A stretch of DNA of 45,574 nt from Candidatus Sumerlaeota bacterium. Its GTDB lineage: Bacteria > Sumerlaeota > Sumerlaeia > SLMS01. Where the stretch lies: contig SLOM01000150.1 of assembly GCA_007132505.1 (NCBI GenBank), forward strand, positions 1-45,574. The letters run 5' to 3'. The position numbers and the translations under genes are program-made. This document shows, piece by piece, positions 1 to 8,383 of the stretch. Below the pieces are notes generated by a model. That model made no database searches. It was not told the origin of the DNA and was given only the letters and a program-made list of their open reading frames with translations. The first letter of the stretch is position 1, and every line of letters starts with the position of its first letter.

Positions 1-54
1 CTGCGACCCCTGCCCGGGGTCAGGGTCCCCCGGGATGAAACGCAACCACCCCTT

Positions 55-156
55 ATCGGCGTGAATCGGCGAAATCGGCGGATGATTTCTTCCGACCGGA
101 GCACGCCATCCGGCCGAACAGCAGAACGGAGATTTCCTGCGATTGGGTCTGCACCC
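55..156. repeat. 102-bp dispersed intergenic repeat, copy 1 (structured; MITE/REP-like element or cis-regulatory RNA)
   Basis: Ungapped match to 13859-13960 (85/102 identical by manual alignment). Begins with three ATCGGCG units. Hairpins at 75-117 and 121-152. Confidence 0.85.
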
Positions 157-201
157 GCGGGCGTTTTCGCTGTTTTGGTGCGTTGTTTCGCCTCTACCCG
201 G

Positions 202-230
202 CCCTGCGAGATCGGGCAGGTCTCGCAGGG
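202..230. repeat. REP-like palindrome (12-bp stem), inverted relative to the similar hairpin at 1-25
   Basis: CCCTGCGAGATC-gggca-GGTCTCGCAGGG. Its reverse complement contains CTGCGAGACC-TGCCC-GATCTCGCAGGG, which resembles 1-25 CTGCGACCCC-TGCCC-GGGGTCAGGG. Confidence 0.5.
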
Positions 231-430
231 TCCCGCAGGGTTCGGTGGACCGCTGCCAAGCGGGTCACGGACACCATCCCACGAAGCCCGGGGGATACAC
301 CCGCCATCAGGGTTATCCCTATTTTGCGGTTGACGCACCCTTAGGCGCGCAGGGCAGAATGCAGGGGTGTTACGATACCCCTTCGCATTTCCGGGCTCCT
401 TCCTCCGCCGGAAATCCTCCAAAACAGAAA

Positions 431-1915
431 ATGAGGCAACCATCAGGAGTTCGTTCGCGTAGCGGCTCGTGGGTATCCAGCAGGCGGCACAACAGGGCCT
501 CGATTCTGATCACCACCGTGATCATGCTTGTTGTGGCCGGACTGTCTGTCGTGGCCCTGATCCAACTGACAACTCAAAACATCCGGGACGTGGATCGGTC
601 TGAGCAGCGCCTTCAGGCGTTCTATGCCGCCGAATCCGGTGCCCAGCGGGTCATTGACTGGTTCAATCGCCCTCACGTCTCCCCCAACTCTTCCTACTTC
701 AGCCCGAACGAGGACGGGAACTACACGGACGAGATGGGGGTCTCGATCATCACGGACTCGTTCGAGACAGCGGACGGCTCTCTTCCCGAAGTCAGGCGGG
801 GACGCGACAACGCCCTGTCGGGCCGGGTGTCGCGCCTGCTTGTGGAGCCACCACGCAGCGACGATCCACCCTTCACCGTGGCCTGGGTCACCAGCGTAGG
901 CGAAAGCACCCGGGGCATCCAGACCACTGTCGAGATGCGGCTTATGGACAACCGCATCCCGGCCATCACCTCCCCCGGGGCCATCCTGTCAATGGGCGTG
1001 GCCTCCAGCGATGGGCAGTTTCAGGTCAACTGGGGCGAGATCTGGGCCGCGGACGAACTCAACCTCCCCCACCCGCTTGGCAACCGATTCCCTACAAGCG
1101 ACGAGGACCCTTGGTTCGCCGTGCGCAGCGAAACCCACCTGATGAATCATCAAGGCAGGGACTACGCCGACGGCTCGGTGCGGGGAGGCTACAGTGACAC
1201 CCCAATCCCCCAAGGGGCCCCCAACTACTACCAGCCCTTCCTCGAGAGTAGCCTCCACCAGAACAACAACAACCTCAGCGGCTTTGAGAACATCCATCAG
1301 CACCAAGTGCTCGACTGGCCGGAGTACGAGTACGAGCGCATGAAGATGCTCGCCATGTACCATGACTTCCCCATCTACCGCACCACTCCGGACGGGGACC
1401 TCATCACCGGCCACGATGCCAACGGCCAGCCCATCGTCCAGTCCTTCAGGGAAGTCTTTGACAAGAGGGAGTTCGATGACCCGAACGCGATAGACCCCGA
1501 CAACGCTCCCCCCATCTACTTCATCGACACGATTGACGGGAATCCGCCGACCCCGGACGGCTCGAACATGGCCACCATCCGGGACACGGGCGGAGACCCG
1601 TTCTACTATGGCAACTTCTTCATTGCGGCGAACGTGTATTTCGGTGGCATCGGCAGCTCCCCCTCCCTGGATCACCCCCGCAAGCCAGACGATTCCATAG
1701 GTCAGCGAATCAGGAACGTGGGTCTGTACGGCCTGATCTACACCTATGGCACGATGGAGCTCCGCGCAAATGGTGACATCTTTGGGGCCGTCATTACCGA
1801 AGGTGGCTTCCTGGGCGGTGGCAGCTGGGAGGTATTCTACGACCACAAGCTGCAGGACGAGAGCCGGACACGGCTGGGCTCCCGCCTGACGGCCAGTCTT
1901 TGGAACTCCTTCTGA
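431..1915 (+). CDS. PilX-like (pilus assembly / minor pseudopilin-type) protein with large C-terminal domain
   Basis: Basic leader RRHNR, hydrophobic helix ASILITTVIMLVVAGLSVVAL, then the PilX_N-type motif RLQAFYAAESG. ATG at 431 chosen because the upstream ORF extension runs through non-coding repeats. Confidence 0.7.
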   Translation: MRQPSGVRSRSGSWVSSRRHNRASILITTVIMLVVAGLSVVALIQLTTQNIRDVDRSEQRLQAFYAAESGAQRVIDWFNRPHVSPNSSYFSPNEDGNYTDEMGVSIITDSFETADGSLPEVRRGRDNALSGRVSRLLVEPPRSDDPPFTVAWVTSVGESTRGIQTTVEMRLMDNRIPAITSPGAILSMGVASSDGQFQVNWGEIWAADELNLPHPLGNRFPTSDEDPWFAVRSETHLMNHQGRDYADGSVRGGYSDTPIPQGAPNYYQPFLESSLHQNNNNLSGFENIHQHQVLDWPEYEYERMKMLAMYHDFPIYRTTPDGDLITGHDANGQPIVQSFREVFDKREFDDPNAIDPDNAPPIYFIDTIDGNPPTPDGSNMATIRDTGGDPFYYGNFFIAANVYFGGIGSSPSLDHPRKPDDSIGQRIRNVGLYGLIYTYGTMELRANGDIFGAVITEGGFLGGGSWEVFYDHKLQDESRTRLGSRLTASLWNSF

Positions 1916-1921
1916 CGGCGC

Positions 1922-2740
1922 TCACCGTCCGGCAGCGGGGCTTTCAAGCGGCCTGACCCAGACATAGACCATGATCTCGTGACGGGCCGCAGGGCGGGAC
2001 TCATCCCCCGGGCCGGGACGCAGAGGACGCTCCTCGCCTGCGACGATGATCTGGGGTTGGACCGGGCGCAGGCTGGACCGTCCGGCGACACGCACCGTAC
2101 CCCCTTCCCTCGTGAGCGGCTCGTCCAGGCCTTGTATATCCAGCTCGGTTGCCACGCGGATCAGCCCATCCGCGGTAACGGCACTCGGCAGGATGCGCCC
2201 GCGCGCTTCCACGCGTCCGGGGTGGGTGCTTGCCCGGGCCTCCTCCTGTGCCTTGGAGAAGCGGTAGACCTCCAGGTTCGGTGACTCGGCGCGGTGTGCC
2301 AGCACGACACCCCGCGCAAGCGTCCCGGCGGGCAGGTCAAGCGGCCCCTCCCTCAGCCGGCGGTCCAGTGTGAGGAACTGCTGCTCCGTCAGCACCGAGG
2401 TGCGCACCACGTACATGCTGATTTCCACGGGCGGTTCCGGTGAATCCAGCAACTGGACGAGGCGTTGGGCGGTGAAGTGAAGCTCACTGCGGGCAAAGGC
2501 GTCGCCATACCTTTCCGGCACTTTCATGACGAGGGTTCGCCGGCCCTCCGGCAGGAACTCAACCCCCTTGGCGTTGAGCGTGGAGGTGCCGTGCAGGAGT
2601 TCGAGGCGCTTGAGGATCGTTTCCGGGGACTGGTGACGCAGGACGAAACGTTCTTCATGAACGGCTTCCGCGCCGGCCGCGGCCGGAAGGAAGAGCAACA
2701 GAAGGAGAAGGAGCGGGAGCAACGTGCGAAGGGACAGCAT
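1922..2740 (-). CDS. Exported short secretin-like protein (one N/NolW-type domain plus reduced secretin-like C-terminus)
   Basis: Signal peptide MLSLRTLLPLLLLLLLFLPAAAGA. FVLRHQSPETILKRL and AQRLVQLLDSPEPPVEISMYVV resemble the secretin N3 domain and its junction to the core. GGAGG RBS 10 nt before ATG 2740. Confidence 0.55.
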   Translation of the reverse strand: MLSLRTLLPLLLLLLLFLPAAAGAEAVHEERFVLRHQSPETILKRLELLHGTSTLNAKGVEFLPEGRRTLVMKVPERYGDAFARSELHFTAQRLVQLLDSPEPPVEISMYVVRTSVLTEQQFLTLDRRLREGPLDLPAGTLARGVVLAHRAESPNLEVYRFSKAQEEARASTHPGRVEARGRILPSAVTADGLIRVATELDIQGLDEPLTREGGTVRVAGRSSLRPVQPQIIVAGEERPLRPGPGDESRPAARHEIMVYVWVRPLESPAAGR

Positions 2741-2971
2741 GAGAGGGGGACCTCCGGGGAATCGAAAGAAACGTGCGCTCGGGCCAGCCGCCACAGCGCA
2801 CGGAACAAAGACAAGCGGTTTCGCCACCCGGGACGAGCCTCAGTGAATGACCGCCGCCCCCCACCGGACAGCCCCTGCGGCGCGCGGGGGGGCGGAACAA
2901 CCCTTGCCCACCGGCACCCCAGGCAGGCATCTCAGCCGCCGTCTTCTCCAAAGGGAAAGGAACCCGCACAT

Positions 2972-3142
2972 ATGAAAGCCGAACGGCTGCTGGCCACGCT
3001 CCGCGAACAGTACAAGGAATGGGAAGACGACAAGGACGGCGACGAGTACAGGGCTCTCTTCCATGCCTTCTGTTTCCTGAGCTACAAGATGGGCGATTTT
3101 CAGAAGTACCTGGACGAAATGGCGGCGAAGGAGAAGAAGTAA
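2972..3142 (+). CDS. Small hypothetical protein (56 aa)
   Basis: AAGGAA RBS, ATG 2972, host-like GC3-rich codons, fills the gap before gltX. MKAERLLATLREQYKEWEDD... Confidence 0.75.
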   Translation: MKAERLLATLREQYKEWEDDKDGDEYRALFHAFCFLSYKMGDFQKYLDEMAAKEKK

Positions 3143-3187
3143 GGCCGCCCGCATCCATCCAACAGACCGCAATTATCCGGAGACCAC

Positions 3188-4681
3188 ATGAGCAAACCAG
3201 TTCGAGTCCGCTTCGCTCCATCCCCGACGGGATTTCTGCACGTCGGCGGCGCCCGCACGGCACTGTTCAACTGGCTGTGGGCCAGAAAGAACAGCGGCAC
3301 TTTCATCCTCCGCGTGGAGGACACCGACGTGGAACGCTCCACGGAGGCCTCGACGGAGCAGATTCTCGACTCGCTGCGCTGGCTCGGCCTCGACTGGGAC
3401 GAGGGGCCCTACTACCAGAGCCAGCGGATGGAGCTTTATCGCGAGAGGCTTGATCAGCTCTGCGCCGAGGGCAAAATCTACCCCGCCTTCGAAACAAAGG
3501 AGGAGCTGGACCGCATGCGCGAGCAGGCCATGGCGGAGAAGCGCAACCCGATATACAACCGGGCAGCGCTGCGTCTCTCCCCCACCGAGGTGGAGGAGCG
3601 GATGAAGTCCGGCCAGGCCTTCGTCTGGCGCTTCAAGGTCCCCGATGAAGGACACACGGTGGTGCCGGAGACGCTCATGAGTGGTGAGTCCGAGTGCCGG
3701 TTCGAGAACGCCGCGATCGGGGACTTCATCGTGACCCGGCCGGGCACGCTCGACAAGCCGGGAGGGCCGCTTTACAATTTCGTATGCGCCGTGGATGACG
3801 CGGATATGGGCATCACCCACGTGATCCGCGGAGCAGACCACCTGAGCAACACCGCCAAGCAGATCCTCCTGCTCGAGGCCATGGTCAGGGAGGTCCCCGT
3901 CTATACGCACTTGCCGCTGATCACCCGCGGGGGCAAGAAGATGAGCAAGCGCGACGAGGACGCGGACCCGCGCTACCCGGTGAGTGTCTCGGCGCGCCGC
4001 GACCTCGGCTACCTCCGCGAGGCGACGGTCAACTTCCTGGCCCTTCTTGGCTGGAGCCACCCGAGCGGCGAGGAAATCTTCCCGCTCGATGAGCTGATCC
4101 GCGAGTTCGGCCTCGAACGCCTCGGCAAGGCCAACGCCAACTTTGACGAGGACAAGTACCTCCACCAGAACGGCTGGTACATGCGGAACCTGCCGGCCGA
4201 GGAGATTGTCCGCCGGGCGATTCCCTTCCTGGAAGCGGCCGGGCTTTCCGCCGCGGACCGGCCGGAGGGCTGGCTCGCCGAGGTGATCGGCCTGGAGATC
4301 GAACGATGCAGGCTGCTCTCCGAATTCCCGGAGGCGCTCGCCTACTTCTTCCAGGCACCGGAATCCTACGAACCGAAGGGCGTTCGGAAGTTTTTCGGCT
4401 CGCCCGAGGCAGCGGAACTGCTGGACCAGACCGCGGGGATTCTTGAAGCGGCGGAGCCCTTCGCCGGCGAGGCACTTGAACCGGAATTGCGTCGGCTCGC
4501 CGAGGAGCGGCAGCTCGGCTTCGGCAAGGTGGCCCAGCCGATCCGCCTTGCAGTGACCGGACGCACGGCGAGCCCGGGGCTTTTCGACGTGCTGCGACTG
4601 CTGGGCCGCGAGGAGTCGGTCCGGCGCCTTCGCACTGCCGCAGAGGCGATCCGCTCCGGAGTCCTCGCTGCGGGGAACTGA
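3188..4681 (+). CDS. gltX: Glutamate--tRNA ligase
   Basis: VRVRFAPSPTGFLHVGGART (HIGH), LRVEDTD, HVIRGADH, KMSKR, C-terminal anticodon-binding domain. Confidence 0.97.
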   Translation: MSKPVRVRFAPSPTGFLHVGGARTALFNWLWARKNSGTFILRVEDTDVERSTEASTEQILDSLRWLGLDWDEGPYYQSQRMELYRERLDQLCAEGKIYPAFETKEELDRMREQAMAEKRNPIYNRAALRLSPTEVEERMKSGQAFVWRFKVPDEGHTVVPETLMSGESECRFENAAIGDFIVTRPGTLDKPGGPLYNFVCAVDDADMGITHVIRGADHLSNTAKQILLLEAMVREVPVYTHLPLITRGGKKMSKRDEDADPRYPVSVSARRDLGYLREATVNFLALLGWSHPSGEEIFPLDELIREFGLERLGKANANFDEDKYLHQNGWYMRNLPAEEIVRRAIPFLEAAGLSAADRPEGWLAEVIGLEIERCRLLSEFPEALAYFFQAPESYEPKGVRKFFGSPEAAELLDQTAGILEAAEPFAGEALEPELRRLAEERQLGFGKVAQPIRLAVTGRTASPGLFDVLRLLGREESVRRLRTAAEAIRSGVLAAGN

Positions 4682-4783
4682 GCCGCCGAAGGGATCAGAT
4701 TCCGGCACGTCGCATGCCCCCTGCTGCGGATGGGGCCAAGTGCCCCGTTACAAGTTCATCCTTTCGACGAAGGGGCTTATCCA

Positions 4784-5338
4784 ATGCGCACCGCAGCCTT
4801 AATTCTCAGTGCAGGCCTTGCAGTCCTTGCCGCAACCGGCTGCACACGGGTCCCGCGCGGCGTGGAACCGGTCCGGGACTTCGAGGTCGAGCGCTACCTT
4901 GGCAAGTGGTACGAAATTGCCCGCCTCGACCACCGGTTCGAGCGCGGACTGTCACACGTCACTGCTGAATACTCGCTGCGCGACGATGGGCGGATTGACG
5001 TCCTGAACCGGGGCTACAATGCGGAGAAGGGCGAATGGAGTGAGGCGCGCGCCGTGGCGCGGTTCCGGGGCGAGGACACCGTCGGCAGCCTGAGTGTCAC
5101 CTTCCAGTGGCCGTTCCGCGGCGGTTACCACGTGATCGCCCTGGACAAGGAACATTACGAATGGGCGATGGTCAGCGGCCCTACGCGGAGCTACCTCTGG
5201 ATTCTTGCCCGCGAGCCGGTTCTTGACGAGGAGATCACGGAGAAGCTCGTCGAGCAGGCCCGGGCGGCGGGTTACCCGGTGGACGAGTTGATCTGGGTGG
5301 AGCAGCTACCACGCCCGGACGAGCAGCCCGGGGAGTGA
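4784..5338 (+). CDS. blc: Outer-membrane lipoprotein lipocalin Blc
   Basis: Lipobox LAATGC. ERYLGKWYEIARLDHRFERGL and YLWILAREP lipocalin motifs. Confidence 0.93.
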   Translation: MRTAALILSAGLAVLAATGCTRVPRGVEPVRDFEVERYLGKWYEIARLDHRFERGLSHVTAEYSLRDDGRIDVLNRGYNAEKGEWSEARAVARFRGEDTVGSLSVTFQWPFRGGYHVIALDKEHYEWAMVSGPTRSYLWILAREPVLDEEITEKLVEQARAAGYPVDELIWVEQLPRPDEQPGE

Positions 5339-5352
5339 ATCTGTTGCGATTT

Positions 5353-5373
5353 GCCACACCGGAATGATGTGGC
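5353..5373. terminator. Small hairpin between convergent blc and rsfS
   Basis: GCCACA-ccggaatga-TGTGGC, with no clear U-tract. Confidence 0.3.
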
Positions 5374-5391
5374 GGCGGGGTTGACAGCCCT

Positions 5392-5775
5392 TCAGGAGCG
5401 GCGTGCGGCTGCCGGCTCGGCTTCCGCTAGTATGCCCTCCCAGTCCACCTCCGGTGCATCGCCCCAGAGGCGGTCGAGGCGGTAGTAATCCCGGGCGTCC
5501 TGGCTCATGATGTGAACCAGCACGTCACCGTAGTCGAGCACCGCCCAGTTCGGACTGCGGTGCCCCTCATTGAGGGGCGTTTTCATGCGCATCTCCTTGA
5601 AGCCCTTCTGGATGCCCTCGCCGATGGCGTTGAGCTGGACGCGATTGGTACCGGTGCAGAGCACGAAGACGTCGGCGAAGTTGCATAGTCCCCGCACGTC
5701 GAGCACCACGATGTCCTGGGCTTTCTTGTCCGCCGCGAAGTTCGCGGCGTATGCTGCTTTGCGCATGGTGTCCAT
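5392..5775 (-). CDS. rsfS: Ribosome silencing factor RsfS (Iojap)
   Basis: AADKKAQDIVVLDV, FADVFVLCTG, WAVLDYGDVLVHIM, RDYYRLDRLWGDA. Confidence 0.95.
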   Translation of the reverse strand: MDTMRKAAYAANFAADKKAQDIVVLDVRGLCNFADVFVLCTGTNRVQLNAIGEGIQKGFKEMRMKTPLNEGHRSPNWAVLDYGDVLVHIMSQDARDYYRLDRLWGDAPEVDWEGILAEAEPAAARRS

Positions 5776-5800
5776 GGTTGGCAAGTGGCCGATCCTTTCT

Positions 5801-6436
5801 TCAGTCGCCGGAGGTATTGGCGCGGAGCCATTGCTCCATGGCAACGGTCCGGCCGTGGGGCTTGTGGCCCCGTTTGGAAATATGATGGAGCTTGTGGCGT
5901 GCCACGGCAAGCGCCGCTTCGCGCGGTGGAAGGGGAAGGAGTTGCTGGCGGAGCTCCGCGACGCCGGGGAAGTCGCGCGTGGGTTCCAGGAAGTCCGCGA
6001 CATAGAGCACCAGCCCGAGCGTCCCGAGCCCCGGGTTGCCGGTGGTGTGAAACGCGACCGCATCAAGGATGTCCCGGTCCGTGACGCCGTGGTCTCGGCT
6101 GGCGATCGTGGCGGCTGCGGGGCCATGCCAGATCTGGGGATGTGCAAGGTCCTCCTCGCCCGCGGAAAAGACGGGCGACTGCAGCATGAGGGCCTTCTGT
6201 TCGGACGGGGAGCGGGCCTTGGCGGCGTCGTGCAGCAGGGCGGCGATCATCGCCTTTTCCGCCGGGACGTCCCATTGTTCGGCGAGATGGACGGCCAAGC
6301 CTTCGACACCGAGAACGTGATGGAGCCGCCGTGCGGGGAGTTCTTCCGCCAGCGCGGTTCGGAGGCGGCCTGCCAGGGAGGGGGAAGAATGGTCGTCTAA
6401 GCCGATGATTGGAGCCCTTTCGCGAATTACCTGCAC
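5801..6436 (-). CDS. yqeK: HD-domain Ap4A hydrolase YqeK
   Basis: RLHHVLGV, AALLHDAAK, IWHGPAAA, AVAFHTTG, LYVADFLEPTR. Adjacent to rsfS as usual. Start uncertain. Confidence 0.88.
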   Translation of the reverse strand: MQVIRERAPIIGLDDHSSPSLAGRLRTALAEELPARRLHHVLGVEGLAVHLAEQWDVPAEKAMIAALLHDAAKARSPSEQKALMLQSPVFSAGEEDLAHPQIWHGPAAATIASRDHGVTDRDILDAVAFHTTGNPGLGTLGLVLYVADFLEPTRDFPGVAELRQQLLPLPPREAALAVARHKLHHISKRGHKPHGRTVAMEQWLRANTSGD

Positions 6437-6616
6437 GCGAGTTGAAAACTGAACCCAACTGCGCGATCAAAGCAAGCGGATTCGGGCCAACAGGCGATGA
6501 TGGGAGCTTCCGTTTGACATGAAGGCGAAAGGCACCGCTTGTCCCGCCGGGACGCGGATGGCGTAGTTGCGGGGACTCCGGCCGGCGGAGCCAATGCTTC
6601 CGTCATGCGAAGAGAG

Positions 6617-8347
6617 ATGGCTCAGAACAAGGACAAGCGAGAACCGTTGGGAGAGGGTGCGGCCCTTGTGCGGCCGGGCAAGCCGGCGGCGGAGACCGCC
6701 GGGCCCGACCCGGCCAAGCCGACACGCCCCGTCGCCCGGGTGGAGGCACGACCGAAGCAGGAGAAGCCGCGCCCACCGGCATGGCTTTCCACCCGCACCC
6801 GGGAGCTGCTCTTCTGGGCGGGTGTGGTCCTGTGCGTGCTGCTCGTCTCCATGCGGCTGATCCACCTCGGGGGGGACTTCCCGGCGTTCAAGGATCTGCT
6901 CGGCGACGGGGTGCTCTACAGCGACGAGGGCTGGTACGCCGGCAACGCCATCAACTACTGGCAGACAGGCGAGTGGCACCGGCCGGGTGGGCTGAATTTC
7001 GCCGTGAACCTGCCGGTGCTCCAGTTGATGCACCTGGCCTCGTTTGCCGTCTTCGGGATGAACATCGTGGCGGCGCGGCTGACGGTGTTCTTCTCATTCG
7101 TGGGCACCATGGTGCTGATGTACTTTATCCTGCGGCGGTTCGAGGATCGCTGGACGGGGCTTTTCGCCGTCGGCATCGTGTCGGTGAACTTCCTCTTCCT
7201 TATATACAGCCGCCTGGCGCTGGCCGAGATCCCGATGACGTTCTGGATCATGGTGTCGCTGTACCTGGCGGTTCTGAGCAATGGACGGAAGGGCTGGGTG
7301 CTTTCCGGGCTGGCGGGGCTGGCCTACGGTCTGGCCCTCTATACGAAGACAAGTGCCATTTTCGCTTTCCCGCTGCTCATGGCGGCGCTCTTCCTGACGA
7401 ATCTGAGGGGCCGTGAGAAGTGGCTGAAGCTGGTGCCCGCCCTCGTGGTGTTCGTCATCGTTGTTGTGGCTCACTTTCTCCTTCTGGCGCGGCGGTATCC
7501 GGACGATTTTGCCTACTTTCACACGCTCAACGTGGGCCTGCAAGCCTCCCTTGAGCCCAGCGTGCTCCTGGACTATGGCAAGCGCCTGATTGACCGCGTC
7601 CAGATCGTTGACCGGGTGTATTACAGGGTCATGCGCATCCTGGTGCCACTGATGATCCTCTTCGATCCCCGGTTCCGCAGAAATCCGCTCGTCTGGTTTT
7701 CCGTCGCGTGGGTTGTGATTTACATGGCCATGTTCACCTTTTACGTGAACCTGCGTCCCCGTTACTGGCCACCCCTCATGGTGCCCTACGGCATTCTGTC
7801 GGCACTCATTCTGAAGCACCTCTATCTGCAGGCGACGCGCCATCTCCTTGGGAAAGTCTTCCTTGTGGGTTTCATCGCGCTGACCGCACTGGGAGTCGCC
7901 CGGCAGGCCAGGCAGGTGAACTGGTACCTGACGAATGTGGAGTACTCCTTCCGGGAGTTTGCCGCGGAAATCCACGGAATCATGAGCGCCGATCCGGAAT
8001 GGAACAACGTGCTGCTGGGACATTTCGCCCCGACCGTCAGCCTCTACGAGCAGGACGTGATCGGAGTGACCGACCGGTACCTTTCCGGCTCGCTGGCGGA
8101 GCAGATCGAGCGCTACCAGCCGCGCTACATGATCACCGAGGACCATCTGGACAAGGTGGATTTCGTGGACGAGGAAGGCCGCACCCACACGCTGGCTAAC
8201 CTGCCGGGGAGCTACCCCGACCGGCTGGAGACCCTCTCGAAGTACTACGAAGTCGAGTTGGTGGACACCTTCGACGTTTATCGCAACTACATGGGCTGGC
8301 AGATTTGGCTTTACCGTCTTGAGCCCAGGCCCGAACTGGGGTGGTAG
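6617..8347 (+). CDS. ArnT/PMT-like (GT39/GT83, GT-C fold) membrane glycosyltransferase
   Basis: YSDEGWY motif after the first TM, VAARL, YSRLALAEIPM, LALYTK, RPRYWPPL and many TM helices. Confidence 0.8.
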   Translation: MAQNKDKREPLGEGAALVRPGKPAAETAGPDPAKPTRPVARVEARPKQEKPRPPAWLSTRTRELLFWAGVVLCVLLVSMRLIHLGGDFPAFKDLLGDGVLYSDEGWYAGNAINYWQTGEWHRPGGLNFAVNLPVLQLMHLASFAVFGMNIVAARLTVFFSFVGTMVLMYFILRRFEDRWTGLFAVGIVSVNFLFLIYSRLALAEIPMTFWIMVSLYLAVLSNGRKGWVLSGLAGLAYGLALYTKTSAIFAFPLLMAALFLTNLRGREKWLKLVPALVVFVIVVVAHFLLLARRYPDDFAYFHTLNVGLQASLEPSVLLDYGKRLIDRVQIVDRVYYRVMRILVPLMILFDPRFRRNPLVWFSVAWVVIYMAMFTFYVNLRPRYWPPLMVPYGILSALILKHLYLQATRHLLGKVFLVGFIALTALGVARQARQVNWYLTNVEYSFREFAAEIHGIMSADPEWNNVLLGHFAPTVSLYEQDVIGVTDRYLSGSLAEQIERYQPRYMITEDHLDKVDFVDEEGRTHTLANLPGSYPDRLETLSKYYEVELVDTFDVYRNYMGWQIWLYRLEPRPELGW

Positions 8348-8383
8348 CACCCCGGCAGACGGGGAGCACAGGGAGCGCACCGA

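Noticed and set aside
55-84. Triple ATCGGCG unit as a CRISPR array or iteron set
   Set aside because: The units are 7 bp with 2-3 bp gaps, there are no unique spacers, and there is no cas or rep gene.
61-333. ORFs 61..333 and 13838..14032 with similar translations (NRxNRRM...RTAERR) as a duplicated small protein
   Set aside because: The similarity comes from the 102-bp repeat. Of 12 differing codons, 10 are non-synonymous, the ORFs diverge outside the repeat, and there is no RBS.
143-430. N-terminal extensions given by the ORF track (for example 143, 12262, 13890, 26825, 37474)
   Set aside because: They run through promoters, repeats or neighbouring genes. Downstream starts match family N-termini and RBS positions better.
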